Positions 30,898-40,591 of a stretch of DNA of 64,000 bases are shown one piece after another. The notes beneath the pieces were generated by a model. That model saw only the letters and a program-made list of their open reading frames with translations, was not told the origin of the DNA and ran no database searches. The stretch is from positions 1 through 64,000 of the forward strand of contig BTWA01000015.1 of NCBI GenBank assembly GCA_045863295.1, given 5' to 3'. Numbering within the stretch: the stretch's first letter is position 1; each line of letters opens with the position of its first letter. The DNA comes from Candidatus Hydrogenedentota bacterium. Lineage in GTDB: Bacteria > Hydrogenedentota > Hydrogenedentia > Hydrogenedentales > SLHB01. The position numbers and the translations under genes were made by a program.

Positions 30898-31130
30898 GGT
30901 GACAGATCAATTCCAGTTCGTGGGTCCGCGACCATGGCGTTGAGAAGGTTTGATAAAGCGGTGCGGAAGGCGGTGAGTTGTGTTTCCAGTTGGTCCACCA
31001 AGGCTATCAGTTCGCCTACTTTGGCCACGTTACGCCGTTGTTCGGCGAGGGCGATAAGTATCCTCACCACTACATCTTTAGGCGTGTCGGCGAACAGATC
31101 GAACTTCTCGACGAAAGTTTCCAGAGTCAT
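30894..31130 (-). pseudogene. hsdS: Internally deleted type I restriction specificity subunit remnant
   Basis: HsdS-type N-terminus MTLETFVEKFDLFADTP joined directly to the C-terminal helix LAEQRRNVAKVGELIALVDQLETQL; no target recognition domains. Confidence 0.65.
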
Positions 31131-31179
31131 GAGGCCACCTCTCCCACTGAGGCATTTAGGCGCAGCGTGCTTTTGATGT

Positions 31180-31302
31180 TCATTTCTCTGCGTGTCCGCG
31201 TCTCAGCGGGAACTCCTCTTCCAGCCGATTCACACAGCGGGTAATGCCATCCTTAAGCACAGCCTCACTGAAATTGAGGAGGTAGCCGAACTTCAGGCCC
31301 AA
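31180..31302 (-). pseudogene. 3' remnant of a GxxExxY-family protein gene
   Basis: Manual translation LGLKFGYLLNFSEAVLKDGITRCVNRLEEEFPLRRGHAEK* resembles the GxxExxY C-terminus; N-terminal part absent; not in the ORF track. Confidence 0.65.
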
Positions 31303-31674
31303 TACCCACGTGGGCGAAATAGTACTGTGTGGTTGCCGACGGAAGCCAATTCAGGATGGCACAACGAAAACCAGCCCCCTCCCCGCTTTCGGCCGCACCA
31401 TGAAAGGCGCAACCAAACTGTGCATACAGCGCAAATCCATCAAAACCCCTTGTTTCAATTTCCTAAGGGCGATGCAACGCACGGACACTAATGATGACAG
31501 GGAAAAGAAGGATCCATCCCCAATCCGGCATATCCAATTCCCTTGCACAAGAGAAAGTGAATCAAGGGGACAGTGATCTGGCGTGAGGCTTTCAATGAAT
31601 CGGCCCACACCTCCCCGTTGATCACGGGGAGGTGCTGTGATAAACTCACGCAAACGTATGGGGAACAATACGGT

Positions 31675-32115
31675 ATGAGATTCACGCAATGCCTGCTCTT
31701 GGCCGCTGTGGCCGGTGTTTCGATGGTGTCCGGGTGCGCCCGCGCCAAACAAGATACCACCGGATTCGCGATCGTGGACACGATCACAATCAACGCGCCG
31801 TTTGACGATACATGGCAGGCGACCAAGGCGGTGCTGCGGGAATTGGAACTCGATATGTACACCCGCGACAAACGCGGCCGCTTTGTGGCCTACACGAAGA
31901 TGGAGCGCGAATTCTACATTGCTACCCCGCGGCGAACGGAACTGGAAATTACGCTGAAACCGATTTCCGGCACCTCCACCGAAGTGAGCATCAAGACGCT
32001 GAATCAAATTTACGGCGTCACCCTGCTGACCTACCCGGACTGGCATTCCCGGGAAACCACGGATAATCAGGAAGCGCAGGCGATACTGGACGCGCTCCAA
32101 GGTAAACTGTCGTAG
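31675..32115 (+). CDS. Lipoprotein (DUF3568-like)
   Basis: Lipobox MVSGC after a hydrophobic signal; APFDDTWQATKAVLREL. Confidence 0.7.
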   Translation: MRFTQCLLLAAVAGVSMVSGCARAKQDTTGFAIVDTITINAPFDDTWQATKAVLRELELDMYTRDKRGRFVAYTKMEREFYIATPRRTELEITLKPISGTSTEVSIKTLNQIYGVTLLTYPDWHSRETTDNQEAQAILDALQGKLS

Positions 32116-32465
32116 TTTCAGTGCCGGTGCAATACCGGTTGCGCCCCTGAAAGTAGCCGTACCCATTTCTTGTGCGCCACTAAAAGGGCACTCCTGTCCC
32201 CCGTATCGCTTAAGCCATATCCCCTCAAGGCCTTAGGTACAAATCGTGAACGTGGACGAAGTGTCAACTTGCGGTTTTCTATACTTGCTGGTATATATTA
32301 ACTAGCTGGTACACATACGGAGCGTCGTGGCCCCGCACCATCCGGCCCGATCGACTGTATATCCGATACTTGAATCAATAAAATCTAGAAGGCAATTTGC
32401 TTTTTAGACATAGTCATGATAAAATACCGCCAGATGCACTTATCGTCAGAAAGGGACCGGACAAG

Positions 32466-32927
32466 ATGCTCTCGATTATCCAAGTGCAGTGCCCGCATTG
32501 CGGGGTCCAAGGACAGATCGCAATTCCACCACTGGGATCGCTGATTATCGGTCCTTGCCCGAGCTGCAATGGCCTTGTAGCGATTTTCTGCGGAAAAGCC
32601 CTTCCGTTGCACAAAGAAACGATGATGGAAGGCGGACGCGAAGAGCGTCGCGAACATTTGATGACGGCATTGAATCAATTCCTGGAAGACCGGATCGAGC
32701 AGTTGATCGACCGGCTGGACCCGGAACTGATTGCGGATGCGTTGAATAACGAGACCCAACTCGGATTTGAGCCGCAACCCGATGAGGATCTCGAAAAGCC
32801 GGAATTGCCTTCCCGGGCAGTGACGGAGCAGATCACAGAGGATGAGGTGAACCGATTCCTGGTTCAGGAACTTCCGAAATTGGACGATCCCAGCTACTTT
32901 AACGCGATTTTTGAACCCAGGAAGTAA
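32466..32927 (+). CDS. Hypothetical protein with N-terminal Zn-ribbon and acidic C-terminus
   Basis: CPHC...CPSC...C; AAGGGA RBS before ATG 32466. Confidence 0.75.
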   Translation: MLSIIQVQCPHCGVQGQIAIPPLGSLIIGPCPSCNGLVAIFCGKALPLHKETMMEGGREERREHLMTALNQFLEDRIEQLIDRLDPELIADALNNETQLGFEPQPDEDLEKPELPSRAVTEQITEDEVNRFLVQELPKLDDPSYFNAIFEPRK

Positions 32928-33005
32928 AAGGAACCTCCTTCCTTTGGAAATGGCCGCAGGGACTCACCGCTACCGGTCCCCGCGGCCATTTTGCGTATAT
33001 CGGAC

Positions 33006-33746
33006 TTAGGGCTTGGGATTGACCTCTTTGGCAAACGGGTCGTTGGCCGGATCCGAGTTCCAGACGTATTCGGTTCCCTTGGCGATGGATTGAGCCGCCT
33101 CCTCACCGAAGAGCTTCGCAATCACCGCCAAAGCCATGTCCATGCCCGCCGACACGCCCGACGACGTGATGAACTTTCCATCCTCCACCCATCGGGCTTT
33201 CGGTTGCCAATCGACATTCGGGCCGTTGCCGATAAGCATGCCATAGTATTGTTTGTTGCATGTCGCTTTTCGCCCGTCCAGCACTCCCGCCTTTGCCAAC
33301 AGCGCTGAGCCGGAACAAACGGAGGTCACGTATTTCGCTTTCTCGGATTGTTCTCGCAGAAACTGCAGGCAGGCTTCGTTATTCAGCTGTTGAAGCGTCC
33401 CCATACCGCCCGGGACCATCAGGATGTCCATGGGTGGCGCGTCGGCGAAACCATACTCGGCAATGACCTTGGGGCCAGCCCATTCGCCTGCGTGACCGGC
33501 GGATGGTGCGGCCTTTATTTCACCGGCCTGCTCCGCGATCATGACAACACGCACACGCGAGGATCCCAGGTTGAGAAACATCTCCACCGGGCCAAATACA
33601 TCTAGCACTTCGAAACCAGGATAGAGGAGTACGCCAATCGTGACAGGAACCGCGGGGGCATCAACCGTCTTGGTTGCTTGCGCGCCGGCCGCAAGGGAGA
33701 TGGCGCACATCCCTACGACGGCAATTAAGCGGGGTATGGCATTCAT
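33006..33746 (-). CDS. DJ-1/PfpI family protein (isonitrile hydratase-like) with signal peptide
   Basis: AGGAGG RBS; GFEVLDVFGP, VPGG, SVCSGS nucleophile elbow, TSSGVSAGMDMAL. Confidence 0.88.
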   Translation of the reverse strand: MNAIPRLIAVVGMCAISLAAGAQATKTVDAPAVPVTIGVLLYPGFEVLDVFGPVEMFLNLGSSRVRVVMIAEQAGEIKAAPSAGHAGEWAGPKVIAEYGFADAPPMDILMVPGGMGTLQQLNNEACLQFLREQSEKAKYVTSVCSGSALLAKAGVLDGRKATCNKQYYGMLIGNGPNVDWQPKARWVEDGKFITSSGVSAGMDMALAVIAKLFGEEAAQSIAKGTEYVWNSDPANDPFAKEVNPKP

Positions 33747-33768
33747 ACAAAAGCCTCCTGTGTGCGTG

Positions 33769-33802
33769 AAAAAAGAGCACCCCCAGATTGTGTCTGGGGG
33801 TG
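33769..33802 (-). terminator. Hairpin/intrinsic terminator after tpx
   Basis: Stem CACCCCCAGA/TCTGGGGGTG followed on the minus strand by CTCTTTTTT. Confidence 0.65.
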
Positions 33803-33819
33803 TCGTGCAAAAGGGCGAA

Positions 33820-34338
33820 TCAGCCGGCAAGTTCTTTCACCTTCGCCAGAGCCGCATCGTAATTGGGCTCTTGCGCCACTTCCGGCACATACTCTGCGTA
33901 TTGGACCGTACCGTTGCCGTCGATCACGAATACAGACCGTTGTTCCAGGCGCAGTTCCTTGATGTGGGTGCCGTAAGCGTTGCCGAAGTTCATGTCGCGG
34001 TGATCCGACAACGTGTGCACATTGGTCACGCCTGCGTTGCCGCACCAGCGCTTTTGCGCGAATGGCAGATCGGAACTGATGGTATAACACACGACTTTGT
34101 CGCCGAACGCGGCAATAGACTCATTGAATTTCCGGGTCTGCGTGTCGCACACGGGCGTATCCAGTGAGGGCACGACGCTGAGCAAGCGGACCTTTCCCGC
34201 GCTGTTCTTCAGCGAAACGGGCGAGAGATCGGCGGCGAGCAGCGTAAACTCCGGGGCCAATCCGCCTACGGCTACTTTGTCGCCGAATACGGTCAACGGA
34301 TTGCCCTTGAAGGTGAGGTCTCCAGTACGTTCTTTCAT
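33820..34338 (-). CDS. tpx: Thiol peroxidase (atypical 2-Cys peroxiredoxin)
   Basis: TFKGNP, VVPSLDTPVCD, DLPFAQKRWC and EPNYDAAL; AGGAG RBS. Confidence 0.95.
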   Translation of the reverse strand: MKERTGDLTFKGNPLTVFGDKVAVGGLAPEFTLLAADLSPVSLKNSAGKVRLLSVVPSLDTPVCDTQTRKFNESIAAFGDKVVCYTISSDLPFAQKRWCGNAGVTNVHTLSDHRDMNFGNAYGTHIKELRLEQRSVFVIDGNGTVQYAEYVPEVAQEPNYDAALAKVKELAG

Positions 34339-34528
34339 GACAAACGGTTCTCCTATGCGAGCTATTGAGTTTCGGGAAACCCGGCGGGATGCACCAGTCC
34401 CGCTTGGAAGTAACAAGCATAACAGGACGCCGCGCGAATTGGAATTTGCTATCGGCCTTCCACGTATTCTTGGCATCGCCTTGCACGCGCTGTATTATGA
34501 AGGGAAATAATCCAGGAGAGCAGACATC

Positions 34529-35824
34529 ATGAATAGTAATCTCTCACGCCGGAACTTTGTCATGGCGAGTGCGGCTGGCCTTACGTCGGCGTTGGCTTCG
34601 TCCCGCGCGTACGGGGCCAATGAAAAGATACGCATTGGCGTTATCGGCACGGGCAACCGTGGCGGGCAAATTATCGAACGGGCGCAGCCACATTCCCATG
34701 CGGAGATCACCGCCCTGTGCGACGTCTATGAACCCCACCTGAACGAGTGGAAAGAAAAGTTGGGCGGCACGCCGACGACCTTTAATGATTACCGCGCCCT
34801 GTTGGATGCCAAGATCTGCGACGCGATTATGATTGCCACCCCCGATCACTGGCATGCGCTGCAGACTATCCACGCGTGCGAAGCCGGATACGATGTGTAT
34901 TGCGAAAAGCCGTTGTCGTTCACCATTGTCGAGGGACGCAAGATGGTGGAAACCGCCCGGCGAACGAATAGAATCGTGCAGGTGGGCATGCAACGGCGTT
35001 CGTCGGCCATGTACGCTGAGATACGCGACTTGGTTCAAAACGACCGGATTGGCAAAGTCGTTCTCGCGCGTGCGTACCGCCTCAGTAACATGTGGCCCAA
35101 TGGCATGGGCAAGGCGCAGGATGCCGCACCGCCGGCGGATTTGGATTGGGACATGTGGCTCGGCCCGCGCCCAGTTCGGCCCTACCGCGAGAACATAGCG
35201 CCGTACCGGTTTCGGTGGTGGAAGGAATACTCTTCGCAAATGACGAATTGGGGCGTGCATTATTTCGATCTCTTGCGATGGCTGATGAACGAGGAACATA
35301 TCGAATCGGTTTCGACGCACGGCGGCCGGTTCGTCGTAGACGACGACCGCACGATACCCGACACAATGGAGGCGACATTTGAGTTCGCTTCCGGCCGGTT
35401 AATGTTGTTCGGGCAATATGAAGCCGCAGGCAATCCCATGCTCCCAGAAGGCGCGGAGATTGAGTTGCGTGGAACGAAGGGCACGCTCTATGCCCGCACG
35501 GGCCGTTACTGGATTGTGCCCGAAGCGGGCGGACAGTTTCAGGACAAAGAGCCTCGCACCGATCCGGCCGAAGCCAAAAGCGATACCGTCGACCCTACCA
35601 TCGCGCACATCGGCAACTGGCTGGAGTGCATCAAGTCGCGCGGACTGCCGTGTGCCGATGTAGAGATTGGGCACCGTTCGGTGACCATCGCGCATTTGGG
35701 CAACATCGCACTTGAAATGCGCGCACGCATTGCGTGGGATGCGGAGCAGGAGCGGATTACGAGTCCCGAATCCGCGAACGAGCATTTGCACTATGACTAT
35801 CGCGCGCCCTGGACGCTGGGGTGA
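34529..35824 (+). CDS. Gfo/Idh/MocA oxidoreductase with Tat signal
   Basis: SRRNF; GVIGTGNRG, ATPDHWH, YCEKP, WGVHYFD. Confidence 0.92.
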   Translation: MNSNLSRRNFVMASAAGLTSALASSRAYGANEKIRIGVIGTGNRGGQIIERAQPHSHAEITALCDVYEPHLNEWKEKLGGTPTTFNDYRALLDAKICDAIMIATPDHWHALQTIHACEAGYDVYCEKPLSFTIVEGRKMVETARRTNRIVQVGMQRRSSAMYAEIRDLVQNDRIGKVVLARAYRLSNMWPNGMGKAQDAAPPADLDWDMWLGPRPVRPYRENIAPYRFRWWKEYSSQMTNWGVHYFDLLRWLMNEEHIESVSTHGGRFVVDDDRTIPDTMEATFEFASGRLMLFGQYEAAGNPMLPEGAEIELRGTKGTLYARTGRYWIVPEAGGQFQDKEPRTDPAEAKSDTVDPTIAHIGNWLECIKSRGLPCADVEIGHRSVTIAHLGNIALEMRARIAWDAEQERITSPESANEHLHYDYRAPWTLG

Positions 35825-35868
35825 GAGGGACGCATGATTTCCGGGATCAATACGACCCGTTGAACCGG

Positions 35869-36864
35869 TTACTTCCCTTCCACGCTGACACTGCCGCTGA
35901 ATGACGTGGCCTCGATTTTCAGATCGGGATCGTTGCCGGTTTCAAATTCGATGCGGCGGGCGGACTTGTTCATTTCCGCGGCAGTGATACCTGTAATGTT
36001 GATGCTGCCACTGAAGCTTTCCAATTCGAATTCGGCCTGGATATCAGCCGGGAGATACAGCCCAACCCCTCCGCTAAAGCTGCTCATTTCGATATCGGCA
36101 TCGGGAGTGGGTTCGATTTCGGCCTTGACGCTGCTGGACATGGATTCCGCCCGGAGCTTGGCGATGGGGCCGCCGAAAACCGTAAGCGAGCCGCTGTGGG
36201 ATTCCAACTCAACTTCTCCCGGCGTTTCGAACTTGCCCTTAATTTGGATGGAACTCGAAACTGACTCACAATCGATATCCTGCAAGTGGTTGCTTTCAAT
36301 GCGCGTCGATCCGCTCACGGTTTCGGTATAGATGTCACCCATGGTATTGGCAATGGAGATGCTGCCACTGACCGTGCCCGCACGCACTTCCGATGCAGGC
36401 GAGTCGATGGTAATGCCTCCGCTGACGGTATTCGCGATTACGGGACCTTCGACGCCTTTTACTTCTACTTTGCCGCTAACCCCCTTTATTGTCGCGCCAC
36501 CGAGCATATTCGTGATCGTCACTTTGGCACTGACCACGCCGACGTTTGCTTCGTTCCCCATGGGGGCCTTGACGTTAATGACGGCTTCTCCCGCACTGCG
36601 GGAGCGTTTGGGATAGATCACTTTAATGGTCACATCGCCGTTGTCGCTCAGGTAATCGATCCGTTCCACGCCGTTCGGCTGCACACCGGTCACGTGGACT
36701 TCGTTTTTGTCCCACCCTTCGATGGTGACGGACCCTTTGATGCACTCCACGGTTACTGAACCGTCTGGGCTGCCCTCGAGAAACTTGTCGATGGCGACAT
36801 CGGCATATGCGGCTGCACCGCATCCCATCCAGACCAATGCCGCGGCACGAATCCATGCATTCAT
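35869..36864 (-). CDS. DUF4097 family beta-strand repeat protein
   Basis: Signal peptide; repeated (T/S)VSG(S/G)I motifs. Confidence 0.85.
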   Translation of the reverse strand: MNAWIRAAALVWMGCGAAAYADVAIDKFLEGSPDGSVTVECIKGSVTIEGWDKNEVHVTGVQPNGVERIDYLSDNGDVTIKVIYPKRSRSAGEAVINVKAPMGNEANVGVVSAKVTITNMLGGATIKGVSGKVEVKGVEGPVIANTVSGGITIDSPASEVRAGTVSGSISIANTMGDIYTETVSGSTRIESNHLQDIDCESVSSSIQIKGKFETPGEVELESHSGSLTVFGGPIAKLRAESMSSSVKAEIEPTPDADIEMSSFSGGVGLYLPADIQAEFELESFSGSINITGITAAEMNKSARRIEFETGNDPDLKIEATSFSGSVSVEGK

Positions 36865-37577
36865 TGAACTGTCTCCGTATCGTCTCTATCCGGCCACTGT
36901 GTGGCTTCCTGAATCAGAGCGCGTTTGCGATCGTAACTGGCAACCAGGCTGCGCATGAGTTGTCCGTTTTCCGGATTATTCTTCAATGCCAGCCTAGTTT
37001 CTGAGATGGCATCGTCGATGATGTTTAGATTGGCGACAAACGTCTCGATCGTCGTTTCCGGCAAGTCCGATTGGGCGAGCGCGGCCAGGAGCGCGCTCCG
37101 TGCTTCTGCGTACTCGGCGTCCACCTTGGCAAACTCCTGTTCAATTGCAGGAGTCAATGCTGGGGCGGCGGCGGAAGAACCCACGAGTCCGGGTGGTGTA
37201 CTGCCCTGCAACATGTCACGGGCGATCAACCCGGCAACAAAAACGCAAGCGAAGGCCGCTGCCAGCGCCGGTGCCGCCCACCGCGCCCAGCGATGGTGAC
37301 GCTGCGGTGCGGGTGACCCGTGTGGAACCGGCGTGGTGTAGGACCGCGAGGCACACCGCCGGGACAGGCGGCTTTCAATGCACCCCCACAAATCGCAGGA
37401 GGGCTGAACCTCACGGGGCAGGGCCTTCGCTGCCGACAAAAGAGAGCGGAGACGGCATTCGGCCTCTCGAACTTCCGGGTCCTTCAACGCGGTTTCCTCA
37501 AAGTCCCGGGCTTCGCTGGGAGCCATGAGGCCGTCCACGTAATCGTTCAACCGCTCTTCCCAGTCTGCTCTGTTCAT
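36861..37577 (-). CDS. Putative membrane-anchored anti-sigma factor
   Basis: LNDYVDGLM N-terminus, DLWGCIESRL, one TM, C-terminal IIDDAISETRLALKNNPEN; ATGA overlaps on both sides. Confidence 0.8.
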   Translation of the reverse strand: MNRADWEERLNDYVDGLMAPSEARDFEETALKDPEVREAECRLRSLLSAAKALPREVQPSCDLWGCIESRLSRRCASRSYTTPVPHGSPAPQRHHRWARWAAPALAAAFACVFVAGLIARDMLQGSTPPGLVGSSAAAPALTPAIEQEFAKVDAEYAEARSALLAALAQSDLPETTIETFVANLNIIDDAISETRLALKNNPENGQLMRSLVASYDRKRALIQEATQWPDRDDTETVQ

Positions 37578-38224
37578 AGTGCTAACGCTTCCCTCAGCAG
37601 TCGTCTCGCCCGGAACAGTTGCGCCTTCGACGTGCCTGGCGCGATTCCGGTGAGTTCGCTGATTTCCTCGTGTTTGTATCCCTCGACATCGTGAAGGAGA
37701 AAGACCTCGCGTGCACCGTCCGGCAGGGTTGCGATGGCCGCTTCCAGGTCCATCCGCAGTTCCGGCGTGCGGGGCGCGGCCCCGTGATGACGGCCTGTAT
37801 TGTCTTCCGCTTCGGCGTGCTTGGCGTTGCGCCGGGTCTTGGCGCGGTGTTCGGTGAGCACCACGTTCACGGCGATCCGATAGACCCAGGACGAGAACGC
37901 GCTGTCGGCGCGGAAGCTGTCGAGCCGGTCCCAGGCGCGCACGAAGGCGTCCTGGGCCAGTTCCTCGGCCAGCCACGCTTCGCCGCACATGCGTAGGCAC
38001 AACCCGTACACGCGCCCGACCGTATCCCGGTAGAGCTGCTCAAAGGCGCGCATGTCGCCTGCTTGAGCCTGGCGCACGAGGCGTAGTTCGTCCAGTCTGG
38101 ACGTGTCGCCGATCTCCAAACCCCGATTCTCCTGCTGCCGCCGCCCCGGGGGCCGGTCACCATCCAACCCCCGCGGTTCGGGCACGCCTATCTGCGCGCC
38201 GGCGCATTCCGAAGCTTGCGTCAC
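37574..38224 (-). CDS. ECF RNA polymerase sigma factor
   Basis: AAGGAGG RBS before GTG 38224; AFEQLY, AEELAQDAF, FSSWVYRIAVN, GYKHEEISE, GTSKAQLFRAR. Confidence 0.93.
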   Translation of the reverse strand: MTQASECAGAQIGVPEPRGLDGDRPPGRRQQENRGLEIGDTSRLDELRLVRQAQAGDMRAFEQLYRDTVGRVYGLCLRMCGEAWLAEELAQDAFVRAWDRLDSFRADSAFSSWVYRIAVNVVLTEHRAKTRRNAKHAEAEDNTGRHHGAAPRTPELRMDLEAAIATLPDGAREVFLLHDVEGYKHEEISELTGIAPGTSKAQLFRARRLLREALAL

Positions 38225-38265
38225 TCAGCCTCCTTCAACTGTCGCTTACCCGTTTTCCAGCCTTA

Positions 38266-38292
38266 AGACGCCAGACGGTCGAAGAAGGTTTG
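38266..38292 (-). promoter_or_regulatory. Candidate ECF-type autoregulatory promoter
   Basis: Minus strand CAAACC-N16-CGTCT about 40 bp upstream of the sigma start; fits the AAC/CGT ECF pattern. Confidence 0.5.
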
Positions 38293-38515
38293 AGCAATCC
38301 CGAACGAAGGTTGTAACCCGTTATCCCGCAACGGGAGGCTGGGGTCAATCCGGCCCCAGCTCGATGGGTGAGCCATCATCTGTTCGATTGAAGGCCCCTC
38401 TGTTCGTTAGGATATCCTTATCTATCCCTAATGGGCCAGTTCGCTCAAGAGAGCGTGCGTGGCAGTTGTACGTGAAAGGATTTGAGATTTGTCAGCACGA
38501 ACGGAACACAATTTG

Positions 38516-39820
38516 ATGGATTTCGACCTTGCCGCACGCAAGGCGGCCTTGGACAGCCTCTTGGCGGAGGACGAGCCGGGCGGGTTGCCGAGGCGGGCGG
38601 TGAACCTGCATTGCCACACTTTCTTTTCCTACAACGGGTACGGGTATTCGCCGAGCTACCTGGCGTGGTGGGCGCGCAAGGAGGGCCTTGCCGCGGTGGG
38701 AATCGTTGATTTTGACGTGCTGGATGCCGTGGATGAATTCCTGGAGGCGTGCGAACGGGTGGGCGTCCGTGGGTGTGCGGGCTTGGAAACGCGGGTGTTC
38801 GTGCCGGAATTTGCCGACCGCGAGATCAATTCGCCGGGGGAACCGGGAATCGCCTATTTTCAAGGGGAAGGATTTGTCTCTTCGCGGGTGAGCGACACGG
38901 CTACGCTTGAGTCGCTCAAGAACACGGCACAAGAACGCAACCGAGGAATGGTCGCGCGGATCAACGAGTATCTCTCCCCCGCTGCCGTGGATTTTGACTC
39001 GGACGTGTTGCCGTTGACGCCGAATGGGAATCCGACGGAGCGGCATCTATGCACGGCGTATGAACTGAAGGCGCAAGCCGTCTTTCGGGATACGGACAAA
39101 CGGGTCGCGTTTTGGGCGGACATGCTGAAGACGGACCAAGCAAAGATTCGCGAATTATCTTCCAATCCGCCGGAGTTTCAGGGGTTGATTCGTGCGAAGC
39201 TGATGAAGGCTGGCGGCGTCGGGTATGTGAAGCCCGAGGGCAAGGACTTTCCGTTGCTGTCGACGGTGGCGACCTTTATCGCATCGGAGGGGGCCATTCC
39301 CACGTATGCGTGGCTGAATGGAGTTACAGCGGGTGAAAAGGCGATGACGGAATTGTTGGACACGATGGAACATGCCGGTGTGTTCATGCTCAATATCATT
39401 CCGGATCGCAACTGGAATCTCAAGGATGCTGTTGAACGCGCAGCCAAGGTATCGGAACTACATCGCATTGTCGCTGAAGCGGAACGACGCGGCTGGCCGC
39501 TGGTGGTGGGCACGGAAATGAACGCACATGGCCAGCGGCATGTGGATGATTTCCATGCGCCGGAGATGGCGCCTTTGGTGGAACCGGCGTTGCGCGGTGC
39601 GCACATCCTGTATGGCCACACGTGCTTGCAGAAATATGCGAGGATTGGATTTGTCAGCGAATGGGCGAAGGCGCAATTCCGGGACAAGGCTACGCGCAAC
39701 GCTTTTTATGAAGAAGCGGGCAAAGCGCTGCAACCGGGCACGGCGGAGACGCAACTCGAAGGTGTGAGCGCGGCCATGGATCCCGGCCACGTCCTGGAGG
39801 CGATCCAGCATGTCCCATGA
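38516..39820 (+). CDS. PHP-domain-like hypothetical metalloprotein
   Basis: VNLHCHTFFS...GLAAVGIVDFD...GLE; start could be TTG 38489. Confidence 0.7.
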   Translation: MDFDLAARKAALDSLLAEDEPGGLPRRAVNLHCHTFFSYNGYGYSPSYLAWWARKEGLAAVGIVDFDVLDAVDEFLEACERVGVRGCAGLETRVFVPEFADREINSPGEPGIAYFQGEGFVSSRVSDTATLESLKNTAQERNRGMVARINEYLSPAAVDFDSDVLPLTPNGNPTERHLCTAYELKAQAVFRDTDKRVAFWADMLKTDQAKIRELSSNPPEFQGLIRAKLMKAGGVGYVKPEGKDFPLLSTVATFIASEGAIPTYAWLNGVTAGEKAMTELLDTMEHAGVFMLNIIPDRNWNLKDAVERAAKVSELHRIVAEAERRGWPLVVGTEMNAHGQRHVDDFHAPEMAPLVEPALRGAHILYGHTCLQKYARIGFVSEWAKAQFRDKATRNAFYEEAGKALQPGTAETQLEGVSAAMDPGHVLEAIQHVP

Positions 39821-40589
39821 CATGCCGCTACTCGATGTGAATGTGTATCTGGACCGCTGGCCTTTCCGGCGGTTGAACGGCGACGCACCGGACGGGCTTG
39901 TCGACCTGTTGAAGAAACTCGGCATAGCCGAGGCATGGGCCGGGAGCTTTGATGCTGTTCTGTACAAGGACCTCGGCGGTGTGAACGCCCGTCTGGCCGA
40001 GACTTGTTCTGAATACGCGGATATCCTGATACCGTTTGGTGCGGTCAATCCAACATTGCCGGATTGGGAGGAAGACTTGCGGCGTTGCGCCGAAGACTAC
40101 GCCATGCCAGGCATCCGGCTGCATCCCAATTATCACGGGTATTCGTTGACTGACTCTAAATTCGCGGCGCTGCTGAAAGAAGGGGCGGCACGCGGGCTCA
40201 TCGTCCAAATCGCTGTGTTGATGGAAGACGAGCGCATGATGCATCCGCTAGTACGCGTGCCGAATGTCGATGTCGCTCCCCTGGCGGGGGTGTTGGAGCA
40301 GGCACCGGGTGTACAGGTCGTGCTACTGAACGCGCTGCAATACGTGAACGGTGCGCGGGCCACGGCGCTGTCGCAGGCAGGAAATGTCTATTTCGATATT
40401 GCCACGGTGGAAGGCGTCGCGGGTGTGGCAAAGGCGCTGACGTATCTGCCGCTGGAACGTGTGTTGTTTGGGTCGCATTCGCCGCTGTTTTACTTGGAGT
40501 CGGCGGTGCTGAAACTTCACGAAGCAGAACTGAATGACAGTCAATCAGACGCCATTCGGTTCTTGAACGCTCGCCGACTGCGCAATTGA
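39810..40589 (+). CDS. Amidohydrolase family (Amidohydro_2) protein
   Basis: DVNVYL, GIRLHPNYHGY, RVLFGSHSP; overlaps the upstream gene. Confidence 0.85.
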   Translation: MSHDMPLLDVNVYLDRWPFRRLNGDAPDGLVDLLKKLGIAEAWAGSFDAVLYKDLGGVNARLAETCSEYADILIPFGAVNPTLPDWEEDLRRCAEDYAMPGIRLHPNYHGYSLTDSKFAALLKEGAARGLIVQIAVLMEDERMMHPLVRVPNVDVAPLAGVLEQAPGVQVVLLNALQYVNGARATALSQAGNVYFDIATVEGVAGVAKALTYLPLERVLFGSHSPLFYLESAVLKLHEAELNDSQSDAIRFLNARRLRN

Positions 40590-40591
40590 CG

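Noticed and set aside
34470..34485. Sigma-54 promoter TTGGCATCGCCTTGCA upstream of the Gfo/Idh/MocA gene
   Set aside because: GG-to-GC spacing is 9, not the required 10; TTGGCA-N17-TATTAT fits sigma-70 better
36861..38000. 379-aa version of the anti-sigma ORF and other long upstream extensions in the ORF track (e.g. 12699, 17888, 34476)
   Set aside because: The extensions overlap neighbouring genes; downstream starts with an RBS, ATGA coupling or a signal peptide fit better
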